DNA of 64,000 bases from Lama guanicoe (taxonomy: Eukaryota). Every line of letters starts with the position of its first letter. Position 1 is the first letter of the stretch. The stretch is taken from the NCBI GenBank assembly GCA_013239625.1, contig MU054212.1, positions 4,622,270 to 4,686,269 of the forward strand. The letters run 5' to 3'. The position numbers and the translations under genes are program-made. Shown here piece after piece: positions 38,201 to 52,199 of the stretch. Below the pieces are notes generated by a model. That model was not told the DNA's origin and ran no database searches. It saw nothing but the letters and a program-made list of their open reading frames with translations.

Positions 38201-41200
38201 ATCCCATTACTGAAATATTACAGTAATAATTCAGAAACACCACGGTTAATATAGAGTATATAAAGTGACATTTAGACGTCTAGAGATTTGAATGTTGGGA
38301 CATTCTACATTATCTTTTTTTATGGTTTCAATGAATCTCAATTCTGAAGATCAATGGGATTCAACATTTAAAACAAAGAAGGAAAGAAAGAAAAAAGCAT
38401 AAATTAGCCCAAACCAAATTGCAGCTGGGATCAGTTTCCTGAACTCACAATAATGCGACCATGGATTTTGGTAGAACTTTTTAGTATTTATTTATTGTGT
38501 TACTAAAAGGGTATTTCCTGTAATTCAACTGACAATACATATACCTGACATACTTATGCTCATTGTAAATTAACCTTTTCCACTGTGAATAAAATTGGTG
38601 AGTTCTCTACCTCATTACTCTGCCCCTGGTGGTTGTTCCCTGGGACACTTAGGGACACACTTTCTGAAAAGAAACAAGAATTCTTTCTAGAAATGTAAAC
38701 TTAATTTTGAAGATCTATTGTTATATTCAGCTTGCTCTCTGGTGCCTGCATAAACTGTGTTTTTTCCTGATTAGAAAAAAATTAGGATTTATTGGCCAGC
38801 AATGGTCAAATTTTTACAACTTAGGAAGGAATACAATTGTTGAATCATTTTGAAACAATTTGAAATGTTCATTTTCTTGCATGTTCATTTGCATTTTTTT
38901 AATCTTTTAACGTATATTATTTTTTCATGGACTTTAGACATAATGGCCAAAATTTTCACTTTCTATACTCCCCTAATTTATTTTGACCCACGAATACTCC
39001 ATCTGCTTACCTAAATTATGGGATACCAGATCTCAAGTAGGAAAGCCAATCACATTTAAGGGCAAAGTTATTATCTGTGTCATCACAATTGTAGACAAAC
39101 ATTTTAAAGGATAGATATATGGCCACCATGGAATAAACCATCTATCAACATTTTCACGTTCAGATTGGCCTGAGTTGCTCCGTCAAATAACAACAATTGT
39201 GCAAATTTGAGAAAATTATTGTGAGAGATTTCAAAACAATTTCAAATTTTAAAATCTGTATCTTGTTGGCAATGGCTAAATCAGTAACTTCAAATAAGTG
39301 TAGGATATGTATATATGTTGGACACTAGAGTCTATTGGAATCTATGCGTGTGCTTTGGAATATATATCTCCGCATTTTCTGTGTGTGTGCCCATGCATGT
39401 GTGTATATAAGGAACCAAGAGGACAACAACAGGGCATTGAGTGCAGAGATTATGGAGTATTTATGAGACACTTAAAATTCTGAAAAGAACGTTTTTAACC
39501 AGCATTCAAAATAGTTTGAATGTTTCAAAATCAGAATATCATGGGTTTTTGTAACTTTAACAAATCTAATACAAATTGGTTATTTCCTTCAAGCACAGAG
39601 AAAATTGAACTTCACTATTTGGTGTAGGTAAGAAATGAGCTTCTTGTTCTGTTCTCTCCTGCACTTATTCTGCTGTATTTTATATTCAAGCAAGTGTAGC
39701 TTCTTGTACCAAAGAGAACTATAGAAGCACTATTTAATTTTTATTTCCTGCCCATGATTTTTTTGAGGCTTGCAAATTTTTCGTTATCCAAGTATCAATT
39801 ATATGTAAGCTCCAACACTGTCTTGAACTTGTGTGATGGGAGAGGATCCCGTTTCCACACTTTTCTCCATTCATGATTCCACGACAGTTTTTTGGAGTCT
39901 TGAAGTTACCTTAATTACATTTAACAGACAGTGTTTATCTTAAGAGTCAAAAATATTATTTTAATACTGTTTTTATCCAACAAAGCTTATTGCATAAAGG
40001 TTTCCTAGAAGTACTGGGGCATGCAGGTTCTTCAGGCAATTAATCTCTTCGGATAAAGACAGCTATTTCTAGAAGGGGAGTTAAATTATGCATAAAATTA
40101 TGCTCTATTATTCACTATTTTTTTCCTTAAGGACAGCCTTAAGGAAACTCTATAAATGCTTTAACTCTTGGTGAGTAAAATGAGTAGCCTCCAAATTGCT
40201 GTCATCGACCTTCCAAAGGGCTAAGAGAAATGTCTACTCCATTCAAATCCTGGATGCTCCAGTTATTGGTTTAGCAAGTTCTATATGCTCGCATGTTTTC
40301 ACAAGAAAGAGTACCTATGATCTTTGAAAAAAAATTAATCTGGTCTTGTAACATTTGCTGGCTACACAGTGCCTTTTAGAATCATTTGTTATAAGCACCC
40401 AAGAGAGACAACAGAATTTTGGAAATATGTTTTACCTGAAATTTTTCATATTCAGAAACAAGTACACACACATACACACACATACACACACAATCCATCA
40501 CAGTCCATCATTTGCATCAATGATTAAACTAGTGGAGTAGGGAAGCAGTGAGTGATACTAGGCAGAGCATTATGGTAGAAGAGTTGTAAAATCCCATCGT
40601 GAAAAGGACACAGCATATAAGCCTATAAACATACATGGAACACTGAATTCATTCATAGAGCGAAGTATATATATTCACACAGGAAGAAAAATGCAAGAAT
40701 TTTTGTTTTGCAAACGCACTAAGTAGTACACCAATGGGTTCAGAGTGCTTCAGTGCTTAAAGTTCAATTTGCTATGGTTGATCATATAAAGCTGATAAAC
40801 GTATTTCAGAAGAGCAGTGAATAAAGGTCATGCTTCCTTAGTTCCATATAGTGCAAACCTCTTCCCCCTTCATTGACTCCAAAGTAAGAATGAAATAGTG
40901 AAAAATTATATTACAGCAATACTTATAAAAACCATGAATACAATGAGATTTTGCTGGGAGAATATTAAGTGTGTCACAGTTGCAAGTAGTATTTCCTGGC
41001 AAGGGACTTCGAGCCGTATGGATGGGTGTTGCTAATTTTGGATTTTTATTCTAGATTTTTTCAGGGGCATTTCTCAAGTATCACAAACTTCTCTGAATGA
41101 GGAAATACATATAAGGCACATGCAACGAAACTTAACGTCTCTCTTTCTCCTCCTGTGTAGAGTTAATAAAATCAGGCATCCTAAGGAACACAGCTTAGTG

Positions 41201-41639
41201 GAGAACCAGCTTATCTTTTAAATTGTGGAATCCTGAATAGGAATTTTCACTCTGCTGTGCTTCTCATGTTCGTGTGTTAAGGATTTTTCACACTTGTTAT
41301 AATCATTACCGCCTCTAAAGTTTCATGGTGATAACATGGAAGATTATCTCCTGTAGTCGTTTCCTTTTCAAAGAGCTTTTTAAAAAATAACTTCACCAAC
41401 CACACTGTTATCTTTCTTTACTGCAGCTATATAGTAGATTAAGTTAAGGCTTTAAGGGATTCCTTTTAAGGAAGTTCTAAATCTCTTTTCATGATCAATA
41501 TGCTGCTGCACTTCCCTTAGGTAGAAATATTCTGTCAATCCGTTTCTGAAAAACATCACGACACTGCTTTATTGGTATTAAATTGCATTCAGTTTAAAGT
41601 ATCCCAGAAGAATGTTAACTCTTTTATTTTTGGTCTGGA

Positions 41640-42095
41640 CCTAGACATGCACAGCACATTAATTCAAATCACAAATGACACTAAATTGAGTGATGATATG
41701 AACACCCAGAGAACACAGCAGGTAATAAAAAGAGATGCACAATGAAATAAACAAATAATGGTCACACTTCTTAATGTTATTTTGGATATATATGGAGAAA
41801 CATCCAAACACTGATTTCTAATAGCTGGAAAACATTTTCTGCATGACTACCTTACAAAGAAACTTGTGGCTGATAGAAATAAAAACAAAATAGGTAGATA
41901 TTTATGTTAAAGAACAGTATCAAGGAGAGTTTAATAAATGTGATAGCGTATACTGAAGCACCCCGTCAGAGTCTAAAGAAGTGACTGTAGTGATTGTTCC
42001 CTTTAAAATAATAGTATTTTCTAAACATGGCCCACCTGTTTAATAAGACTGTAGTATTGATGCAGAAAAATCATCAGTGTACAGAGATACAGTCA
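41640..42095 (+). mobile_element. CR1/L3 LINE remnant
   Basis: CAAATCACAAATGACACTAAATTG resembles the CR1 RT motif KFADDTKL; very degraded. Confidence 0.5.
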
Positions 42096-43118
42096 TCTGA
42101 TAAAACAGAAGTTCTATTACTGCTGTAAGTAGAAATAGAAGAATGGCATGGAGAGAGCATGACAAAATTTAAATTCAGGGAGATAGGAAACAGAAATGTA
42201 ATCCAAGGCAAGGGAGAGATGCTTCATCACCAAACTACTACAGAAGTGGAAGGCAGCTTATTAGAAAAAGAACCCGATGGAATGTGGTGTATGGAATATC
42301 ATCATCATGGGGCGATAACCTCTATAGTTTACCAGCCTCGCCAGTTTAAGTGGTAATTCCCATATCTCCGTCATTAATTTCCCTAATCTATGTTTCAGTT
42401 TGGACAGCTCTTAATAGTTTGTTATATTGTCAAAATTTATTATTTTGAAATGAAATTATTATAGACCCTAGTTAGAATCTGTCTATTAATATTATCATAA
42501 AATACAAAAGGATGCCACCATTTCTGGATTGACCATTTCTTCTTGCCTCTGAAATTTTTTATACAAAGAAAAAAAAATAAATATGAATCACCATACTTCT
42601 AGTCAGATTCTAAGAGTTAGATAAAAGCCTCTTGCAATGGATAAGATGGTGAAGCAAGCTATAAAAACCAGGAGCTCGAATGAGTCACTTAAATTATTCT
42701 CCAATTAAAATTTAATGCTCTCCATACTCACTCAAAGTCTAGAAATTCAACCTATGATTATGAAATGCAAACTTCTCTTCTTAGCACCAAACAATTCATC
42801 AACAAAAACTCGGAATAAATCATAGCCTTAAAGGTTAGTAACGAACCACTTAGCATGCCTCACGGTAAAGGCTCAAAAAGGGGTCTGGTTGTGCCTGAGC
42901 TTGGGAGGTAGGACTGAACCTAAAAACAGCCACTCCTTGCTTCCTTACAGCTATAGCCACACATACATGTAACATCAACCAACAACCAATTAAATACAAA
43001 TAAAGTGTTTATTAACATAACATTAACATTCAAGTCATATTAAAAAAAAAATTAGACCATTTCACCTCAAATTGCATTTACTGTTTCCTCGCCTGTGTGT
43101 ATTTGTGATCTTTGTTGG

Positions 43119-43209
43119 TTTTTTCCTTCTTCTCCCTTCTCCCTCGCCTCCTCCTTCTTTTCTCTCTCACTCTCTCTTTCTCTCTCCTCCCTCTCCTCTC
43201 TTTCTCTCT
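43119..43209. repeat. CT-rich polypyrimidine low-complexity tract
   Basis: About 90 nt that are almost entirely C/T. Confidence 0.9.
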
Positions 43210-43949
43210 ACATTTTCAGAAATGTAATCCTGTGGAGGGGGAATCAAAGAGAACGCTCACTCAGAATCAGAACTGGGGAAGCTATGCTGAATTTCTGAAT
43301 AAGCAGCAAGGACATGGAGGAAAGGCCTGGAGTCATACTGTTTCCCCTTTGTTCTTTAGAATTAGACTCAGTTACAAATTTCTACCATTGTGAAACACCA
43401 TTATTCAGGGCCAGCTGGGGCTAACTATTATTCCTTTAATTCTTAGAACATATTGCCTTCCCCTTTTTCCTTATGGTTATAAAAGATCAAAATAATTTTT
43501 GGTATTCAAATGACCTTATTTCTGTCTATGTAGGATAGTCTGAATCACACTATGAAGTCAAGTCTTTGAAATCACTGATTTAGGAAATGAGGGTTTTTGG
43601 TTTTTTTTTGGTTTTTTTTCCAGTTCTTATGAGTTACAAAATGCCAATGGGTTTTTGAAAGAAAAGAGAGGAGAAATGATAACTGTACAAAACCTTTAAT
43701 GCAAACAGTCCCACGCCGAGGACCTGGGAAGTTTGGGCAGCGTAGCTCAGCCAATCTCTCCTGATAATGAATTCAGTGCACGTAACGGAACAGAAGTTGC
43801 TGCGTGGAAGGGAGCAGTGGAAAGGAAAAACTTTCACTAGGAAGGATTTGGGAAAATATTAAAAATCGCTGTTTTTATTCTAATATGTAAGCTCTGGTTA
43901 AAATGAGGCTTATTTATGTTAGATTGGAGTCATTTTGTTATTCCAATCT

Positions 43950-45320
43950 TGTTTATTCCATCTCCAACATGTATCTTGGATTCATTCACTTCTGTCCACT
44001 ATAAAAGTTTCTTCAATGACGTTCCCACTTCCACTCTCCTCCATCTCCTATCAGCACTCTAAGCAGTTTTCAGATCTTCTTAAAATATATTCTTGAAATT
44101 TGAATTTCTTCTTCTCTTGAAAAGTGTTCAACATTCTTCGAGACTTTTCAAGGTCCTTACCTCACCCAAGCATAAACTCAGAATCTTAACAAGGAAGGAA
44201 ATACCCTGTCTTATCTTTTCTCTGCATTCTCTAAATCCCCTAGCCCCAAGTCGTGGGTCTATCCCATCCTTGCTTCTTCAGGGATAACAGTCTTTCATTC
44301 ACTCTGTTTTTGACCCGTTCCTTTCAGCTCCTTCTCATTCAGAACCTCATTAAAATCCTTCCACTGAAATTCCATGAGTCCCTGCATTCTTCTTCGATAG
44401 TGCTTGTAGTGGTTAGTAACTATGTACTTATTCCTGGTAATATGTTTATCATATTTGTCTCTCCTACTACGTTTGAGTTCTATAAAGGGTTCTCCTTACT
44501 AATTGCCTAAAATCAGTGTTTGATGCACAGTTATGTGTTCCTGTTCCTGCTGGGCATCCTGAGTTCAAAACAACTTTCTAAGTTTGGGAGAGGGGAGTAG
44601 TAAGTAGGTTGATATCTATCTCTTCTTCCTTACCCAGAGATAACAGAAATCCATAACGGTGGAGTAATGCTATCTGGGTTATAATGAAAAATAATGGATT
44701 TTATTTTTAATGGAAAATAAATCTTTCAGGAACTATGACTTTTTTATTATGGAAAATATTTTTTAAAAGCATTTAAATGCATTCCAGCTTTTTCCCCATC
44801 ATAGTTCACATATGGGGTGATCATAGTTACGTGGAGATCTGACTAAATGGGCAAGGTAGCTTGGACATCCTGAGGATGAAGGGATCTTGGGCAGACCGGA
44901 AACCCATAAATATAGAAGAATTAGAATCACTAAGTCCTATTAACTCTGTCCCTTAAATATTTATCTCCTCTTTTCCTGGTCTATTACCATTGCCCAAGTT
45001 AAGGCTTTTATAATTTCTCACCTGTCATGTTTCAATTATCTTTTTAATAATGTCCCTACATTGAATATTTCCATATCTCATTCTTCATATTTCAAGCAAG
45101 TCATCTTTTTATAGCCAATTTGATTAAGTTACTCTGACTCAGAATCACCCAGCTGCTTCACTTCACCTCCGCATGAAGACCAGAACTCCTCAGGCACATG
45201 AGATGACTGCTGACCTGGTGCCTGCTTGCTTCCCCTCCCCAGCATCACCATTGCCTTCTCCGCACCACAGTTCTAAGCCAGAGTCCTCAAAGGCCCTTAG
45301 GACACCTCAGACTCTGTTCC
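43950..45320 (+). mobile_element. L2 fragments
   Basis: Pyrimidine-rich L2 body motifs in two blocks (about 43950-44520 and 44930-45320). Confidence 0.55.
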
Positions 45321-48300
45321 TAAGATCAGATTTTTATCTCACCTTGTTTCATAAATGCTTATTTAACTTTTTAGTATCAGAATTCTCCTACATTGTATAT
45401 ACTTTCAGAAAGCAAGTATGTTATTATTTTATAATTGTTTTTTCCTTGAGCAAACATATCTTTGCATCCAAAGCCTACTATAACACTTGAATAGGTATGT
45501 GATATTTTTAGAAAACATGAATTTAAGCATTCTTCTCTTAAAGTTTCCCTATGTCTATTTATTTTTTTCTCTAAAAGTAAGTATTTCCCTAATACTTTTC
45601 TCCATAAAAAATGGAGAATCTCAAATAATTTGTTAGCTTTCTTTTGATGCTTCATTTTTATTGTAGGATTAGATTGCCTTTAATTTTTCTGCCTTCAATT
45701 TCCTTATACAGTCTTATTGCTTTGCCTCAAGATCCTTCCGTTTCTTTTCATTCTTTGCTTACTCTAACTTTCCACTGGGTGGCCTTTGTGTCCTTATATA
45801 TTGACTGTGCTATCTCATACCTAACACCAGTTTCTGCCCTCCAACTTCCTTTTTCGTCTTGGTCATGAGAAATATTTTGCTTTGTCCTTTTCTTCCAATC
45901 ATTTTAATTTTACCAAAGTTATCAGAAATACTCTCAGAAAGCAAATGTTTATAGGGGAAAGCGTCCTGATTTTTACTTACGTGTTTTCAACTTCCCACTT
46001 CACTTTCTACTTTAGAAAAATACATTCTAATGAGAATTTCACACGAACTAGAATAAGTTCTGTCTTAGTTATTTTTTAAAAAGTCTCGATATTATATGCA
46101 GATACATATGTATATATTATATGAAACAATTTGAAGATAACAAAATAGTTCATTTCATTTGAATAACCAATGAATATTTAAATATCTTTTTAGAAATTTG
46201 GTTAGGAAATGCCTGTCAAACAAAAATGCCAGGTATTAAAAATCATGCATCAATAGACCAAATCCAACAATTGTTCACCTCTTACAAGCATCAAGTCATT
46301 CTTTGTTTTAGGTACAACAAACTACCAAATATATCAAACATCTCACTTGAAATTTTTAAATAATTTGAATTATACAGATGTTTGTAATCATGTAAAAAAA
46401 AAATCTCCTGACAGTCTGTATTCTGTTTTATGTAGGCATCATTTCAAAGTAGCATCCATGGTAAGGAAAAATATTCTCTAAGGCAGTAATTTGGTGGGTG
46501 GTGACTTGAGGCTAGCCAGTTCATTTGATTAGACTTTAGTACTAATGAATAAGACCGAAACAGTTTTGTCCCTTTATCGAACCTTTTGATTTAGTTAATA
46601 TTAATTAACGCTTCCAGTTATCCTCAGCCAATTTTCTTGCAAATAGATGTTTTTGGTTACAAAATGAATTGTGCCAAATGGATGATCAGTTGAACGTACT
46701 ATGATTATTAGAAAACAGAATGCATATTGGTGCCAAAGGGTCTGCATATAAATGATAATGCTTTAACAATAGGTGATTTTTTTCACGCCAGTCAACTCTC
46801 AAAAAGGAAGTACTCAGCCTCTAATTATCCAATAATAATCCATTTCATATACTGCAAACAGACCAACAGATGGAGTGAATAGTTTATTCACATGAGTACC
46901 GATTAAAACTTGGGTTAAATCACTAGGTCATTATTTGGCTTCAATATTAATTTAAAAACAATTTGCCTTTTATATTAATGTATATTCTTATGTATTTCTA
47001 ATATATTATCACAGATATCTTTGTTATGTTTCTCCAGGGTTCTTTTTTGCATTTATATTAGCAACATCAATAGCAGAAATAGAATGAGTGCCCACTGAGT
47101 GTGCTGGACTCTAGGCCACTGGCCTGTGCTAATCATTATCTCACACATCTTTAAAGGTTAAGTGTTATAAAGTATGAAATGCTGATCAGATATCAGCAGG
47201 TGCAATGCACTTCAATGTGCTTTTTAAGCTTCAAGGAGCAGTAATCACACCATCTAGTCTGTACCAGGAAACCGTGCAAAAATACTATTTTATCCAACTG
47301 GGGACTGGGGTATTGATGAGACACAATAAGGGGCTTGCTGAAAGCCACACAGAGGGGTTGGTACCTGGTAGCTGAATCCTAAACTCAGGTGATTTGACTT
47401 CAAAATGTTTCACACCTATGCCACAGACCCTATTCTGGCTACTCTATGGGTCACAAACAGAGAAAGAGAATAAGACATTACACATCTGAGTTTTAAACAA
47501 TGAGGACAAAAGGTGTCTTTTTTCACTGAGCAGTTACATTTGCTAATTATACATTTTCTCCAGATATTTTTCCTTGTAGGAGAAATGTGAAGAAACTTAA
47601 AACTGATTTTGAGAAATACTGCCAACATTTGGATACATATAAAATACCAGTTCAGGAAAAAGACAATATTATAGAAATGTATATTTTGTTGCAGGTTAAT
47701 ATTTAGTGCATACATGGAAATTAAATTAAATTAAAATGTTCAACTTTCTGCTATATCAACAGTTGCAGATGAATGAGTCTATGTATGTTTCAAATGATTC
47801 TTCAAACAAAATAACTGTCTCAGAGACACACAAGTAAATCATCTGAGCAGAAAAATAAAACTTTTACAATAGATAGCTTTTGTAAAAGACAGCTGACCTT
47901 CCTTTAGAAGACAACAAAATTCTGTTTTCAGATTTTAAGAGTGACAAAGATAGAATTTTTCTTTTTTGTTAATAATAACATTGTCATTGCTCAATTTTTG
48001 GCTTCTAGTGCACATGGCTTCCTTACATTTAAGTAGATCTCTATTCTTTCAAAAGCCACTCATTCTTATCATATGCTACTGTATACTCAGAAGTTGACAT
48101 ACAAAGATAAAGGATACAGTTCCTATCTCAAAGAATTTACAGTCTACTTGACGAGACACAGAAGTTAACAAGAATATTACAATGCAGTGTAGTACGCGAC
48201 ATGATAGGTATGTGCCTTCGGTGTTAACGCAGGAAGAACCCTACCCAGAATGGTGGGGCAGTGTAGACCTGTAAATGATGACACTTACTCTGAATCTTGA

Positions 48301-48429
48301 AGTGCACTTACCACATCTAAAGATAGCTAGGGACAGATGATGGATGATATATTACACTAGGTTAGACGGTATTCTATTCAGGAATGATTCTTAAGGTGCA
48401 ATGACATGATGAGGAGATAGATTGGTAGA

Positions 48430-49060
48430 TAACTTTTTATTAAAAATATTTCAAGATGAAATTATATTAATTAACAATTAACGGTATGTCCTTGAATCTA
48501 CCACCTAGTTTTCTCACATTAAAATTTTATGGTATTTGCTTTAGATTTTCAACTTTAGTCATAAAATCTTATAAATATTTTTGAAACTGAGTTATCATCC
48601 CCAGTCTCATTATCTTCTCTCCCTTGTGGTAACTCATAATCCTGAATTTGACAGATGGATTTTTTAAATTCCCATGCATACTATACTTATGTACTCATAA
48701 CAAACATAGTCTCAAAGATACATGATTTTATAAAGTATATAAAGCATTAATGATATTTTTGTTTCTTCCTTTCTCCATCTGCCTTTTATTTGTTTCTCTT
48801 GTCATACTTCTCTGGCTAAGATTTCCATTGTTACGGTAAATAGAAGTGATAGAAACTTTCATTATTAAACCATCCTGATTCTTAATAAAATGCTTCTAAG
48901 GTACCACCATTAAGAATATTACCAACTACAAAAGTTTTATCCTACATGAAGTAAAGAAAAAGAAACCCCTTCTATTTCTAGTCTGCTGAGCATATATTTT
49001 AAAGGTTATGAATTATTCTTCTGCTTCTGTGAGATGATCATATGGTTTCCCTTTAATCTA
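48430..49060 (-). mobile_element. Old L1ME fragments
   Basis: AATAGAAGTGATAGA, CACCATTAAG, CCCTTCTATTTCTAGT, TTTCT-like GCTTCTGTGAGATGATCATATGGTTT antisense ORF2 motifs. Confidence 0.65.
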
Positions 49061-49759
49061 TTACCGTGTTGATGATATCCTTCCTGCTGTGGCTTCTTGC
49101 AACTAAGACAGTGATAATGATGATGCTCATCAGTGGGAATGTACAGTGGGTACACAGGGCACTGCATGATCCTGGCAATATGCCCCTCCCATCCCCCAGT
49201 GCCATCACTGGCAGGAATGGAGAGGATGCCAAGAAAACTTCAGGTGCTCCTGGCAAACCTCTGCCATGTACTTATTCCCTTTCTTATGACCATAGTCTGC
49301 CAGAGTCCAGTTCTTGAAGGGAAGCTATAATTCAAACTAATTATCTACTCCCCTCCGGGAAGTGACCACCAAGGTGAATCCACTGATTTCTTACTTTCCT
49401 GTTTGGGAGTTGGTTCTCTGCTTTGATGACAGTATAAAGCATGCCACTAGAGCCCACTCAAGCCTGGCAAGCTTCCACATCACTCAGAGAAGCAATCCCA
49501 AGCATAGAATACGCTGCTTCTAGGATCCCCCAAGATTTACTTAACTTTGTGCCTTCCTTTTTTCAAGCACAGGTATGATCTATAATAATTTGTTTTTTAC
49601 TTTGGAGGAGATGTCCTCCCATACCTCCAGACCCTTAAGAACCAGGCTAATGAATGAAATGTAGATATGATGAGCATTACCAGCCAGGCATCATCTAGAT
49701 ACATTAAAACACCAGCCAAAACAAAGTTTATTTTCATAAAAATATAGTAAAATTTAAAA

Positions 49760-50760
49760 ATCCACCAAATTAAATTAAACTAATAAACTAAACTAAACTA
49801 ATAAAGGGTTAAGATTCGGACTAGAAAAAAATACATCATATAATACACTAAGGAAAAAAATAACTTTAGAGATAAAAGGAAAAAAGTAAACAGGAAATAA
49901 TGGATGAAAGAAAAAAGAAAACTATGTCCAATGTCTAATAAACAGGATTATACAGATAATCATATTGATTCAAGTTAAAACACTAATGTGGTATTATTTT
50001 GGCAAAATTTTAAAAAATCTAAAAATACTAAATAGAAACTCTCATTCACTTCTGTTGAGCTTACAAAATGACATAAAATTTTTGATAAGGTGCCTATATT
50101 CAATTGAGTTGAAAATCTACATACCGTACAATCCAGCAATTCCATTTCTAAGAATCTAAAGCAGTGATTTCCCATTCTACAATCATATCAGAATCCCTTG
50201 GTGAATTTGTAAAAATACCAAACTTCCATGGAATCCGATTCATACAGAATCTCTGGGGGTGGGGCTCGGTCATGGGAAATACTCAATTTTTATTCGTAAA
50301 AAGAAACATGTACTATTGCAGTATTTTGATGATACATTTAAAAAGTGGAAAACAGATGAAAGTCTACAAGTATAAGCAATAATAAATATATTTTTGGTTT
50401 ATTCATTCATGAGACAATGATAAATCAATTGAAATAAGTGAATGAAAGCTATGTGTATCAATGTGGATAAATCTCAAAAATACATTGAGTAAGTAAAGCA
50501 AGTCAAAAAAGACATGTAACATTTATTGAACACAAGTGAATAAACTATTATTTTTGGATACTTACATATGTATCAAAATAATAAAAATTAGAAAATTTTA
50601 AGTGGTCAGAATAATAGTTGTATTTAAATAACTATTATCATGGACGTATAGAATAGTGGTAGATGTGGTACAGAAGTGATCTTACCTACTTGTAATATTT
50701 CACTAGTTCTAAAATCTTCAATAGAAATTTGGAAAAATATTAAGTTTCAATAAATCTAGG
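49760..50760 (+). mobile_element. Old L1ME 3' region with a MER5-like insertion near 50162-50290
   Basis: ACAATCCAGCAATTCCATTTCTAAGAAT, ATGTGGATAAATCTCAAAAA; insert has CAGAATC..CAGAATCTCTGGGGGTGGGGC. Confidence 0.7.
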
Positions 50761-51449
50761 TGTTAAACACAGGAATATTCTTTGGATCTGATATAAAGAT
50801 GGGCGCTAAACACAAACACAAAGGTATTCTTTATATTTAGCACACTTGAACACTTCAGTACACACATTAAAAAAAAAAGAAAAAGCAGATTCCATGCAAA
50901 GATCTTGAAAACCTGGATAATGAGACACTTATATTTGGTGGGAGAATGGTGGTGGAGAGAGAAGGGGCTAGAAAATGGTAAAGGTACCAATAAGGGAGGC
51001 ATAAGGCACATAGTAAAGTAAAGAAATATTCAAAGCCTCCCATAGAAATACAGCATTTTGCCATTTTCTGAAAACCCAAACAGCAATCTGCTCTCGAACC
51101 AGAATTGATGACAATACATATACACAGTGAAATCAAGGAGAAGGACTGCATTATGCGGACAATACTACCCAGTAATCTTCCATTAACAGCTCCAAAGAAC
51201 ACAGTGCAGGGTGTCTGAGACAGCTGGTTGTTTCAAACAAAGATGGGATCAATGACTATTGGTTCTAATGACAAAATGAAAGACAGAGTTGAAGAAATGT
51301 GAGTTCCTAAAACCACAGGTGTATTTCGTTTCTCAGACTATCCAAGTAACCTTACAGCAAGTGTTAATGGATGAGAAAAATGGAATAGTTTTTAAACAGA
51401 AACATCATATGCTTCCTATCACTGAACTCTATGAGAATGATTTATTTCC

Positions 51450-51640
51450 TGGTTTCATGGTTACACTCCATTTATTGACAATATTGCACATACTACTGAA
51501 TTAAGAAAACTCTTATGAATACATAAGAGAGGAGCAAAAATTAGAGGGCTAGAAATGCATTTCTCTAAAAGACTAACAGGAAAAATGTAGGGTTTTAGAC
51601 AAGAGCACCAGAGGACTTTAAATAAAATAACACAGAGGAA
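51450..51640 (+). mobile_element. CR1/L3 3' ORF remnant
   Basis: AGAGGAGCAAAAATTAGAGGGCTAGAA resembles CR1 RRATKMIRGLE. Confidence 0.45.
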
Positions 51641-52199
51641 TGATTAGTAGAGAGAATGCAAACCTAAGAAGAAAAGTTTCAGTGACATACCTGGAAAAAG
51701 CCGAAGCACAGGTTGTTACTTGAGACACTGTACATTAATATATAATTTTAATATGCAGCCCACTGGGAACTAATTTGCATGTTATAATTACCTTTCCAAC
51801 TGTCTTTCATGAGATAAATACACAGCCATTAACAAAACTTTAATGTATCACATTTTTTTACTAAATAAATTTGCTTTATGATATTGCTTAATCTTTCTAA
51901 GGAAATGGCAAAACGCCCTTATGCTTCATTAAGCACAAAGAATTTGGACTTATTTGAAGCTTTGATTTTAGAATACTTCATAGCAGTAGCTAAATTAATG
52001 ACATTGTTTTTCAAATAGTTGCCACACAATAACTCTCATCTTATTAAAATTATTAATTTTAGTTAAATTAAGTCTTGGTTTATGTGACACTAACTTTGCG
52101 GCAATCAAGATGAGAAATGGTAAGAGCACTGGAAGTGGAGAGGGAGATGAGTGTTTAAACTGCTTTCATTTCTGATATGTTAATCCCTACCATTTCTGT

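Noticed and set aside
38618..38635. CTCF-like TGCCCCTGGTGG
   Set aside because: One base short in the G-run of the core, so the spacing does not fit
49090..49650. GC-richer block with overlapping ORFs, as a possible exon
   Set aside because: No convincing splice sites or recognisable protein; probably an old LTR-element internal fragment that I cannot assign
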